64,000 nt of DNA. Source: Azolla caroliniana (Eukaryota > Plantae > Polypodiophyta). The notes beneath the pieces are model-generated. The model saw only the letters and a list, made by a program, of their open reading frames with translations. It did not search any database and was not told the origin of the DNA. A program made the position numbers and the translations under genes. The stretch lies in NCBI GenBank assembly GCA_043228905.1, contig JBHGNT010000012.1:2046001-2110000 (forward strand), given 5' to 3'. Shown in pieces: positions 12,036-28,759 of the stretch; position 1 is the first letter of the stretch; each line of letters begins with the position of its first letter.

Positions 12036-13150
12036 TTTTTTTTACCAAAAGCCTTCCTTCATTAGTATTAAGAAAAGCGTCGGAGAGCTACAAAACGTAC
12101 AATCAGAGAGTGTTATATACAAAAGAAATGGTCAAGGCAAGGACTAGGGGTGATGAAATTTCCATATTGGTCCTTGAGAGGAGATTGTGAACAAAGGCAA
12201 CTTCCTCCATAATTGTAGCAATTTTTTTCTTTTATTAAGAACAACCTCTGAAGAGCCTGACATGTTGTCATATTGCCCCCGCACAACCGCCAATAAACTC
12301 CCCCATAATTTTGGTGATATATTTGAGAGAATAGGAATTATGGAATCATATCGTCTTTTACAACGATACTTCCATAAGATCCATAATGTAAATGTAATTG
12401 TAGATACGATTTTCCATACATGGGCTACATGCATTTGCTTGCGAGGTTGCTGAAAAGGGGAGATAGTAATTAGATGTTTGTTGATGACTGTCATAGCCCC
12501 TGAAGCATCATTTGCTTCATACAACCAGAGATTGGAATGGAGAACCCCCAATACCGTTGATCTCCAGGAGAAGAGGCAGCTTGCATTAATCGCTAGGAAT
12601 AAAGAAAGAACTTTACTCCATACCTGTTCGGTTAGTGAGCATGACCATAGAGCATGCTTGGTAGTTTCTTGCATGTCACCGCAATAACAACATTATCTAA
12701 GCATGGTTGCCACATCTCCTTTCAATGACTGACCTATTGGTAGTGTTGCATGTAGTAAAATCCATCTGAAGAGAATATATTTGGTTGGTCCCTTGAAAGA
12801 CCAAATCCATTTCCAATGTGCCTTCAAAATAATGCTTTAAACACCCCACTTATTCTAGTGCTTTTGAGTTGTAGGAGTTGCAATATTCTTAGACATGAGT
12901 AAGGTTCTGCCAAATTTCATAGTATACTGAAAGAATAGAACTTTCTGCAATGGATCCATCATGGGACTAGTCCAAAACCATCCCCATGGGTCCCACATCA
13001 GCCTACTAATTGGCTGTCGTGCATATAACTAGAGCATATCCCACAAATGAGCTATTGACGGTTGTGGATCTAGTAGTCATTCCTTACCAAATTTGGCAAT
13101 CACCTTAATTGGCACAACGAGTAGGTTTTGTTGTAAATTATTTGAGGGTG
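12036..13150 (-). mobile_element. L1/Tx1-type LINE 3' fragment (zf-RVT region), degenerate
   Basis: CCGDMQETTKHALWSC and TLWILWKYRCKRRYD are typical of the plant L1 ORF2 C-terminus; short A-run at ~12036-12043 on the minus strand. Boundaries approximate. Confidence 0.72.
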
Positions 13151-14396
13151 TATAAGGTTGCAATTTATTGTCCCGTTGAATATGGAAATAAAAAAGACAT
13201 TTGTTTGTAGAAATTCCTTTAACAAAAATCTAAACATGTTTTATAATCATATGTATCAATAATGTTGTATACTCTTGGTCATATTTGAACTCCAAACCTT
13301 GAGAACAAATACATCAAACACTTGAGCTAACCAAATGGTTTGCTTCTTCTAAATGTTTAATGTTTATGCATACGAGAGATATGTGAAGGCATTTCCCATA
13401 AATATTTTTTAAAACAAAACATGTGTCTAGAAACCTTATTTCCCCCTCGTTAACTAGACAACTATGTTGGTACGTTACCCAACCTCAAGTCTCATAATTG
13501 TGATGGCATATGCCAATGTGCAACCTAATGGTCAAGCCACACTAGCCCTCTTTTTCGTAGTAGGCCCAATACAAAGCTTGTTATGGTGTAACATATTATA
13601 TAAAGGAAAACGGCTTTGTACTAGGCCTAGTTTCATTTCAATCCAAGTCTGTCGAAAAGACGGGGGAGGTGAAAGGGGTTCGATGTGGGTGTGGCACGTG
13701 GTACCCCAACCATAGCTTCTAGGCGGTGTAACTCACGTTCCATGAACTTCTGAATTGCTTCTACACCACGTTGAGTTACTTTGAAACCCATCATTTGAGG
13801 GCGTTTGGTTGTTCTTTGGTTTTCTGCTTCAACAAGGGAGAGGCCGAGTGGTGCAGGTTTGTCCACATTCACCATCTCCCCCTGTCCCTGAAAAATTTCA
13901 TTAGTTACATGTTGGTGAATATTAGAAAGGTTATTGTTAACGTTTTGTACCTTATTCTCTCGATGTTGTTTTAGCTCTAAGATATACCTACCTAATTTCT
14001 TTGTATCTAGAGTATCTAATAGTTTAGAGAGGGTGGGAGAGGGGTCGAGTATGTCTTGGTATTTTCCCCTTATCTCAATGGAAGTCGGACACTTGCATGT
14101 AAAGTGATACTCATCTGAGTTTATCTCCATGTGACATAATCTACATATCCTTTCCTCGTTAGAGACTTATTAGTACGACCATTCTCAATCTCAAGTTGGT
14201 GAGGTGATATTGTAAGGTGTCCAATGGCAACCCTTAATGCATTTGGTTCGAAAATATCTAGATATTTTGGTTGTGTAATAAAACCTAACTTAGAGAAGTG
14301 CATGAAGTGTTCCTCATAGTACACCATTTTAGATGGAAGTGGCTCTATTGGGTTGATCCATATTATATTGAGTGTAAATTTGCCATATTTCTTGGC

Positions 14397-16542
14397 TGTA
14401 AAGAATCGGATATGATTCTTGTGTAGCGGAAGAGATGTGTGTTATGTGTATGTGTGAGAGGAATTAGAGAAGAGAATAGAAACACAAGATAGATAAGCTA
14501 GAGAAATGAAATACTCAAGAAGAAGATGTATATTCACAAGTAGAATGAGAAATACAAAATGTAGCATTACAAGGAGTCACAACCGACTACTTTGAAGTAT
14601 GAGGAGGGTGCTTTATATAGAGTCACCCTCTCTCTTCATTAACTTACAACAACCACTCTCTCTCTCTTGGGGAATGTGAAGACTCATAGTCATGGGGAAC
14701 ACGTAACTCATTAGTTATGTGTCATAGAATATGATTCTATGACACATAGTTAATGTGTAGAGAGTAGTGGTGTGACTCTTGACCTTTGAGTAATCATGGA
14801 TTCTCAAAAGGTGTGTTCACACATTGTGCTATGTTGAGCTTGATTCTCAACACGCCCCCTCAAGCTCAACTCGGGTTGGTTACTTTCAATTGATGTCCGC
14901 TTCGGCTCATACCCGATTCGAACGGTATCTGGTTCTCGTTTGTACTTGAAAGAGCGACGATAGGCTGCTTCTTGCTACTCCATGAAATCGCTACGCTGTC
15001 GAGGGAGAAGACAAATCCGGAGGTCGATCGTCGATCGGCTTTGTAGCCAGCCCAATCCGCGTCTGTGTACCCTTCGAGTCGTATTTGTGGTGGCCGAATT
15101 TTCCGCAATATCCGCATTCGACCGAGCTTTATCGGTTCGGACCGGAATGGAAGCTCCCCCTTCTTCCTAAGGTTCCTCAATGGCTTCCGTCTTTATGCCG
15201 AAATTGCGAGTTGTTTTCGTAAGTCGGGCCTCGTCCGCCTCGTCCTTGGCCGAATCGGCCTCTTCTTGCATGACCGCGTCCTCTTCCTCCGTCTGAATGC
15301 GTGTAGAGAATGTGGCCTTCCGAGGCGTTGCTCCTCGTTTGAACATGATTCTTTTCAACCAACAACATGGATTGAAGATCAAAGAAGGAGGGCATATTCT
15401 CCCGTGCTAGTACGACGGTCTGCATCGCGCCGAATTGTGGTGCAAGGCCGCCGAGACATACTTGCACCATCTCGTCATCCTCCACGTTTACGCTTATCGA
15501 GCCGAGTGAATCACAAAGGTCCTTGATCTTCAAGGTGTAGCTCGTGACAGACATATCCCTTTGTTGGATATTATTCAACTCTTGGTGGAGTTGAAGCTTT
15601 CTCGCGGTAGTGTTGACCCTAAACCCTAAATCTTTCGTAGATTCTCCCACGCTTCCTTCGGCGTCTTGGCTTCTTGAATGTACCCGAGCATGTGGTCGTG
15701 AACACATGTCGCCAAGCAATACATCACTTAGCTTGCCACTTGCTCCCACGTTGCATAGTCGGCATCTTCCGGGTTGGGCCGATTTTCTTGTGCTCCTTTG
15801 ATGTAGCTCCAATAGCCTTGGCCGACAAGGTATTGGTGCATCTTGTACTCCCAACATGCAAAGTTGTTGCGATCCAACTTCTCGCTAGGGAGAGCGCTCC
15901 CCATTTGAGTATTCATTGTCGATGTAGATTTCTTCCTTCTTTTCTTTTCCTTCTCTCTCGAACACGAGCTATGTAGTCGCACTACGATAGTGATGAGCCG
16001 GTTCTTCTTGAACATCAGCGTAGAGCACAACACACGATCACGATGAGGCGAGTGGGCTAGATCGAGCTACCAAATCGCTCTAATACCATGTAAAGAATCG
16101 GATATGATTCTTGTGTAGCGGAAGAGATGTGTGTTATGTGTATGTGTGAGAGGAATTAGAGAAGAGAATAGAAACACAAGATAGATAAGCTAGAGAAATG
16201 AATACTCAAGAAGAAGATGTATATTCACAAGTAGAATGAGAAATACAAAATGTAGCATTACAAGGAGTCACAACCGACTACTTTGAAGTATGAGGAGGGT
16301 GCTTTATATAGAGTCACCCTCTCTCTTCATTAACTTACAACAACCACTCTCTCTCTCTTGGGGAATGTGAAGACTCATAGTCATGGGGAACACGTAACTC
16401 ATTAGTTATGTGTCATAGAATATGATTCTATGACACATAGTTAATGTGTAGAGAGTAGTGGTGTGACTCTTGACCTTTGAGTAATCATGGATTCTCAAAA
16501 GGTGGTTCACACATTGTGCTATGTTGAGCTTGATTCTCAACA
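14397..16542 (-). mobile_element. Young non-autonomous Copia element (2146 bp): LTR-gag-RNase H fragment-LTR
   Basis: LTRs 16089-16542 and 14397-14852 differ only by two 1-bp indels on my reading; TSD TTGGC on both sides; PBS TGGTATTAGAGC (16088-16077); PPT TTGAGGGGGCG next to 14853; gag MNTQMGSALPSEKL; RNase H piece YTDADWAG...RRSTSG...SWSSKKQ; no protease, integrase or RT core. Confidence 0.95.
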
Positions 16543-17563
16543 TTGGCGTATTACTTTATTATAGTCCCTATGAGAATTTAAAGTGTTATCGGTCTCGCGG
16601 TTGTACATAATGGGTGGTAGATTAGTAATGTCTAGGCCGCTTGCAAGAAGCTAACTCACCACAATGCTATACCAAGAGCTAGCATTTCCGGACTCATATA
16701 GTGATCGAGATGCCTTAAAAGCTTGACGAGATATCCTACCTTGTGGTTGGCTATTTATCATGTGAATAAAAACTACAAGTTCGGAAAGTGCTTCTACTAA
16801 CATCACGGGTAAAGTGAATCTGCTTGTATAATGTCATGTGGTACTGTCGATTTGCTTCAGAGTTGACGTGATAACATCGTCACCTATGATTTTTCTAATT
16901 GCGTCCACATGAAAGACAATGGCCATGGAGCCCAAATCACCGATGCATACATGAGGGAAGGGGACATTAATGAGTCGAAGAGCCACCCCTTAGTTCGTGA
17001 CTCTTGAAAGTATGCATGGTGACATTGTCTCTCTAAGAGTGAGAGGGATGCATATCCTCTCGTTAGTCGATCTTTGACTGCCTGTGTCATCAAAAATTTA
17101 CCTGAGCGAGCACTAAAAGTGACACCAAGATATACATATGATCCAACTACCTCAATTGGTCTATTAGAGAGGGTTAGGTGACATTTAGTCATAACTCGAG
17201 AATATGTGTGAAAGATAAGGACTTTAGTTTTTCCTAGATTCACTACCAATCCTCGTTGTGCGCAAAAGTCATCTTAGACATTAAGGTGCCTTAGGTCATG
17301 TTCATAGTCAGAGAGCAAAACTATGTTGTCTGCATAGAGCGGGAGACTAACTTGCATACCCCCAAGTACTTCTCCGTTACCTCCCTTGCGAGCAATAAAA
17401 TTAGTGATCTCATCAATCTAGATCCCAAAAAGAGTCGGTGATAGGGGGCCACCTTGTTTCACATCAATGGTGCTAGTGAAGCAATCAGATAGGCCACCTG
17501 GGCATCGTACGTACTCGAGGACTTGCTCATATAAAGCATAAATGGCCCAAATCATGTCATCTG

Positions 17564-20500
17564 TGTTACCCCGTACGAGATGTACGGAGAGTCAAGTGTG
17601 ATGATCGAGGGTCGAATGTTATCATGATGTTGTTGTGTATGTGTAGGAGGCATAAATGTAATTGTGAGTCTATACGTATGTGAACACATGCACACGTGTG
17701 TGCATGTGGATGGATACGAGGAGGTGTGAGTGAGTGTCCAGTATGAATGCTCAATGGGGCTTACACCCCTATGTATCTACCCCCTCTTGTACTATTTAAC
17801 CCCTTTGGGGAATGAATGAAACATGAATGAACATTTCTCTCTCTCTCAATCTCTCTCTTGTCATCTCTCTCTTCTATCTCCCCTTACGTTGAACCCCCTT
17901 GGGAGGGGGGTGGAGCCATTCTTGGCACCACCCCTCACCCCGCAATGCTTCTCAATGCACATGATCTCTCTCGCCATCAATCCCATACCATTCACCATCT
18001 CCACCATTCCACAATGCTTATCTCCATCATCACACCCATCATTATAATCATGCTATCATAATCGTCATCCCTAACCCTAAAACGTACAACACCTTTTGGC
18101 GACCACTAAGGCGACCCCCCTTTGGAGACGGAGTCAAAGGATGATACGCGTCGATGCAAGACATAGTGACTAAGCGGTTAGAAACGATGACGATGTGCGA
18201 GTGTGTGGTTAGCGACAAATGATGGTGGCAAAGTGCAAGACGAAGTTGAAGCATGATATGCGATGACGATGTCCGCAAAGAAGTCAATGAAGGGACGCAG
18301 TGAAGGAATGTACAAGAAATCGGATCGACTATGTGCGGCAAATGGTGATCACAATGTGCGAGCGTAAATCACAAAATGAGACATGAAGATACGGATGTGC
18401 GAGTGTACGAGAACTAGCAATGTGCGTGTGTAGGAAATGAACAAAGATGGGAGCAGTTGGACAACAGCCGAACCGATTGCCGGAACCGACTGGAATGAGC
18501 CGTACTAAGAAAGCTCGATGGGTGGACCAGCGACATCGACAGAGGAGAGGCCGGAGAGCGACCAAAGAGTGGTTGTAGTGGCTGACTGTCACCAGAACAG
18601 AAATGGCCAGATGGGCTGGACAAAGAACCGCCAAACAACGACCGCAATGGGCCGAACAGTCGGAACGGTGATGGAGCCGGGACGACGATCGGACGGCGGT
18701 GGCCACCTACCAACGGCTAGGGTGGTGGCCGACTAGTAGCCACCGGGTCGAATACAGACAGTGATCGGATGGAGCGGCGGTCTTACAGTTGCAGCGGCAG
18801 GGCGGCAGCCGCCGAATAGTGGTTGGATCAATTTCCGGTATGCACAAAGACACATAACGGCCGGACAGAGACGACCTAACGAGCCGACGACGGAAATAGC
18901 CGAACCGACGGCCAGACAACAATGAAAGAGTAACCGAACAAGCGGACACAGAGAGGGGAGACGAAAACGGTTGGACATACTAGTGGACAGCGGATGGTCG
19001 TACAACAGCCAATGGCCGGAAGGAACGGCGGCGGCTTGAAACCCTAAACAACAGCCAGAATGGCCAAACAACCATTGGTTGAACAAAGAGACAGACACCG
19101 TCGACAGAGCTGACAACCATCACAGGAGGAGACCCGAACAGAAAGCCAGATGGGCCGGATGGACAAGTACCAGACAACTGACGAACCGAACGCACGGTCG
19201 AAAGAGGACGACAACCGAACACCGAAAGAGACGGAGGAGAGGCCGGAGAGTGACCTAAGAGCGGTCGTAGTGGCCGAACGGAGGCGGCTGGACAAGGACG
19301 GCATCAGTGGTCGGAGATGGCCACGGCAGGAGATGGAGACGGACGAGCGACCAAAGAGTGGCTAAGGAACTGTCGAAGCGGCCGTAATAGCCGAATAGTG
19401 GCCAGAGTGGCCAAACGGGCTGGACAGACGACCAACCACGACAACCAAAACAAAGACAACACAGAGAAGAAAGAGGTAGACATGCAGAAAATAAGAAGAA
19501 GAGAGAAGAGAAATGCAAGGAAGAAGAAGAATAGTGAAGGAAGAAAAAGATGTCATGGAAGAAGAGAAAGACACCAAAAAACCACGGACAGACAAAGAAG
19601 CAACTGGGAGAGACAGAGAAGTAGAAATGAAGAAAGAGAAGAGAAGGAGACACAAATGGACCAACAGACAGGAAGAAGAGAAAAAATGAAGAAAGAGAGG
19701 AAGACAAAACAGAAAGGAGAAAGGAAAAGACAAAGACAAGGGCAACAAATTTCAAAACCTTGAGGGTACCCATTGCAAATTCAAAAGTTCAAGGGTATAT
19801 ATTAGAGTTTTAATAACCAAAGGGCAACGAGGCAATTTCGAAAACTCATCTACCTAAAAGAAATGGACGTGATCCACACACAACTCACAAGATACAAAGA
19901 AGAACACACATACATACAACGTCTTTTTAACGACCCGAATGATGTTACCAAAGTTCGTAAGCCGACAGAATGAGAAGGTTCGTGTCGCGGAAGATTCGTT
20001 GACCGAAAAAGATGTTTGAGTCAAGCACTCTGATCGAGGGAGTCGATCGTTGAAAGGACCGATGGAAGTTCCGGTCAAAGAAATATCATCATCAAGGCAT
20101 GTGGGATCGACGTGCAAGGCACTTTCCCACGGGCGTGCCATATTGTGTTACCCCGTACGAGATGTACGGAGAGTCAAGTGTGATGATCGAGGGTCGAATG
20201 TTATCATGATGTTGTTGTGTATGTGTAGGAGGCATAAATGTAATTGTGAGTCTATACGTATGTGAACACATGCACACGTGTGTGCATGTGGATGGATACG
20301 AGGAGGTGTGAGTGAGTGTCCAGTATGAATGCTCAATGGGGCTTACACCCCTATGTATCTACCCCCTCTTGTACTATTTAACCCCTTATGGGGAATGAAT
20401 AAAACATGAATGAACATTTCTCTCTCTCTCAATCTCTCTCTTGTCATCTCTCTCTTCTATCTCCCCTTACGTTGAACCCCCTTGGGAGGGGGGTGGAGCC

Positions 20501-20579
20501 ATTCTTGATCTCCATCATCACACCCATCATTATAATCATGCTATCATAATCGTCATCCCTAACCCTAAAACGTACAACA
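17564..20579 (+). mobile_element. Non-coding, non-autonomous LTR retroelement (LARD/TRIM-like, possibly Tat/Gypsy-derived), 3016 bp
   Basis: LTRs 17564-18091 and 20146-20579 (TGTTACCCC...GTACAACA); TSD ATCTG (17559-17563 / 20580-20584); PBS-like TGGCGACCAC at 18097; ~2-kb interior of purine-rich degenerate repeats with no recognisable retro-domain. Confidence 0.92.
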
Positions 20580-22517
20580 ATCTGGTATCACCTGGATTTT
20601 AAGCCTATCAAACAACCGCTCTCTAGGGACAGTGTCAAAGGCTTTGTGGAAGTCCACAAAACAACAATATAATTTCTTCTTGCGGACCTTCGTCTGGTCA
20701 ATTAAGCTTCTAAGTGTGAATATATGATAAATAGTAGAGAAGGCTCGCCTAAAGACAACATGTTCAGGTGCTCGAAGACTTAAGGTCTCCATGTAATCCC
20801 TGAGCTCTGCTTCCATTATGACACCATAGCAAGTGTATGACCTATCATAATGGTTCTATATGTATTTGGGTCCATGGGGTCCCCTCCTTTATGTATAGGG
20901 GCCACTGTGTTCATGGTCCACTGTGGTGGAAAACCCTCCGCGAGGGCATGATTGAATATTAGAGTTGACCTTCGTGACCCTAGAGGTCATGAAAAGTGTC
21001 CCCATGGTAGGTTGAGGTGTAGAAGGCATGAGAATATGTGGTTGGTTCAGGACTGGGTAAAGTCTCTCTGTATATGCGTGCCAAGTGTTGGGATCCTCGA
21101 TGTGTGTTTGAGGTCATGGTTCCCGTAGTCTCTTCCACGCAATGGTGCGATCACTACTCATGAGCATATATATGGTAGAGTTCCCAATATTGAGATGCCT
21201 CCCATGCTCGTCCCTTACGACGTGTCATCTTGCGCATTTCTTTGCGAGCTTGTATTGAGATAATAGTACCACTGAGTCGCGATACTTTAAGTTGTTTATA
21301 TAGGTCTCTACAATCCTCATCATACCATCTATTCTGTGGCATGGACCCTACTCTACCTTGATTGGAGTGTTTCGTGTATGGGAAACTGCTAATTGCTACG
21401 GAATGAAGGATTTGTGTGAGTTTTGTAGTAAGGTTCTCTAAAGGCAAGGAAGAATAAAGAGAGGAGACATGGCTTAAACATGTCAGAAGTAGATGTAAGA
21501 GAGCTCATGTGTGAAATGTATTGTGGTGTGATGGCTTGGTCGACTAGTTTTGGTGGCATTGGAGATACCACATTTTAGCTCAAAGTATAAGAAGCTATGG
21601 TCCGCACCAATAGGTAATGGGGCCACCCGAAATGAGTTAATCATGTGGGTAGCTTCAAGACATCCTATTAGATAATCAATTATGCTTTCCCTTCCTCCAT
21701 GTGGGAAACATGTGAGCTCTTTCGAGCCTGGCCACTTGGCTAAACCATTATATATGATCATCTGGTGCCGACTTCCAAGTTCGAGCAGATGATGGCCAAA
21801 GCTTGTGGCATTTGCACCTTGGTCTTTTGATCTACGTGTGATGCCTATGGCTAAGGGATCGACATAATTTCACCATTTCTAGGTTTTTATCCATTTGAAA
21901 TATTGTGCATTGTCAAGATTGGGTTCTCGCATTGAAATCTCCTATGGGGAAAACTTCCCCTTGAGAAGAATATTGGATTATATCATCCAATAAAGGTTCG
22001 TATGGAGAAGGCATATGTGGCACTCCTTCATCAACTAATATCACGTCTCCAACCATATTATAATGCGATCCTTTCGGGGGAAAGTAACAAATGGCGATAA
22101 ATATTGCATAACCTTTGCTATTGAGGACTTTCAACCACATAAAACGGGTGTATGGGTCCGTCCTTAGTATTTTTATCCTATTATGTAGCTATCTCTGAAA
22201 CAATATTGCAACACCTCCAGATCCTCTGGTAGTGTGTTGACGTGAGGTTTGTCTAAACACAGACTCCCAACAAAAACCTTCGACTTGTGAGAGTTCTCTA
22301 TTTGGGCTTTGGTGTGTTTCCACTAAGAAAAGTATATTCGATACATTTAAAACTTCCTCTAGGCGGCCATGGTGTGTGTGTCCAAAGTGCACCTTTACAA
22401 TTCCATAAAGTCAGATCCTAATTTTATTTTTTGTCACATGGGCCACACGTTCGTGAATTGGAAACAAAACAAAAAAATGCACCCAAAAAACATGAGGTGT
22501 TTTGTTGTGTGTATTTC

Positions 22518-23010
22518 TAGCAATGGGCCCGGTTTCGGCTCAAACCAAACTGAACCGTTAAGCCATGGTTTAACAGTTTATTGGTTCGGGGAAAAAATAA
22601 AGGTTTTGTTTGGTTTGGATTTTTGATAAACGGTTTCGTTCTAAAACTTGGGTTTTTAGGTTTAGTTTAAAGGTTTATGGTTAACTTTTTTTTTACCTTA
22701 ATAGTTTATTAACTTAATGGTTTTTTATTGATTTAATAAATTTAATTTAAATGTTTATTTTATTTAATGTATTTTTATTTATTTAAATGTTTAATTAGTT
22801 TGACTTAAATAGTTAGGTATTTAAATTTTTTATATTAAATGGTTAGGTTTGGTTTCAACTTTTCCTTAAAGAGTTTGGTTTACTTTTTCTTAAATGGTTT
22901 GGTTTAAATACTCGAGAGTTCATAAACGCTTTGGTTTGGTTTTTGTTTTCTATAGACGGTTCGATTCGGTTTCTTTTCCATTGAACCGAACCGAACTGTG
23001 CCCATTGCTA
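22518..23010 (+). mobile_element. hAT-type MITE (493 bp)
   Basis: TIR TAGCAATGGGC...GCCCATTGCTA; perfect 8-bp TSD TGTATTTC; sub-terminal AACCG/AAACC arrays around an AT-rich core. Confidence 0.92.
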
Positions 23011-24093
23011 TGTATTTCTTCATGTTTAATTGAACCGAACCGAACCGTGGCCATCGCTATGTATTTCTTCCTCCGGAAGGAAGGCCAGATTTGTAATTAA
23101 GAGAAACTAGGACCATATTTTTGTACTCTTCTTTCTTTCTTTCTTTCTTTCTGTCTGCTCTGAGAGAGAAACACAGAGACAGAGACCGAGACAGAAACAG
23201 AGACAGAGAGAGATCTTGACATCCCTTCAGATCATCACGCAGGAGAATGGAAATGGAGAAAGCTTCCATGTCTTCTGCAGATCATCTCGCTCGCTCTCGG
23301 CACCCCTCTGTCCCCCCCTTCCCTCCTCCTTCCTTCCTTCCTCTTCTTCTCCCCCCTCCATTTCTTTGCCGTTGATCTGTTCCCCCATATCCTCTTCTTC
23401 GTCTTCATCTCCTTCCCTAACCCCATCTCTGCGTATCTCAAGGTCCGGAAGTTTCTCTTCCTTGCACCCATCTCTATAGGCTAATCTGAAGAACCGGGAC
23501 GCGTTTTCCTAAGACACTGGGAGAAGGTTTCATCGAAGGTCTGGAAGCTTTTCCGGTCAAAGATTTGGTGCCTCTTTTGTCTCTTTTGGAATCAGATTTT
23601 TCTGTGAAAGGTCTTGATTTGGAGCATTTTCAGCGTATCTGTACAAAAATTTGGAGCTCTAAATTTGCCTTCTGAAATCAGTGTTTTCCTGTGGAAAGAT
23701 TTGAATTGTAGCGTTTCTTCGCCTCTAGAAGACTTGTTTTCTGTGCAAACATTCGGAGAATCTTCAGATTTGTGGAATCAATATTTCTATTCCGAGGCTA
23801 TTGTGTTTGTATATGAACATTTGAAGCTCTTTTCCTTCTTGTGGAATCAGTGTTTCTCTGTGAAAGCTTGGGAGATTCTGCTATTGGAAATACAAATTCC
23901 TATGCAAAGAATTGATATGGAGCAGTTTTTCTCTGTCTAGAATCAGTATTGTTTCATCCCAAGATTCACAACTTTTTCCTTTCAGAAATCTACATTCTGT
24001 CAAAGTTTTGGAGTATTTCAGTCTAGGGGACTCAGCATTTCTGGGCAAAGAATCGTATAATCTGGCTTAACATTCTCGTGGCATAGAGGAAAA

Positions 24094-28759
<4,666 letters not shown>

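Larger units (their letters stand above)
13400..22440 (-). mobile_element. Near full-length, decayed RTE-X-like LINE (endonuclease-RT-CCHC), split into three pieces by two LTR elements
   Basis: Endonuclease: LWNCKG (~22400), LVETH, RGSGGVAIL, GDFNART, SIIDY, ADHS. RT: CCFVDFHKAFDTV (~20640), VKQGGPLSPTLFGI (~17440), LYADNIV (~17330), YVYLGV. C-terminus: HQLEIENGR, CRLC...DEYHFTCKC. Pieces ~22440-20580, 17563-16543, 14396-~13400. Confidence 0.88.

Noticed and set aside
18400-19440. CRISPR-like reading of the recurring modules
   Set aside because: Units are degenerate and irregularly spaced with no constant repeat-spacer period; eukaryotic context and no cas genes
18329-19773. Many overlapping Arg/Ser/Phe-rich ORFs on both strands
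   Set aside because: Explained by the GC-rich, purine-skewed repeat interior of the LTR element; no domain motifs
23216-23940. Ser/Pro-rich and Phe-rich ORFs upstream of katanin
   Set aside because: Consistent with a CT-rich 5' UTR and leader intron; low-complexity translation
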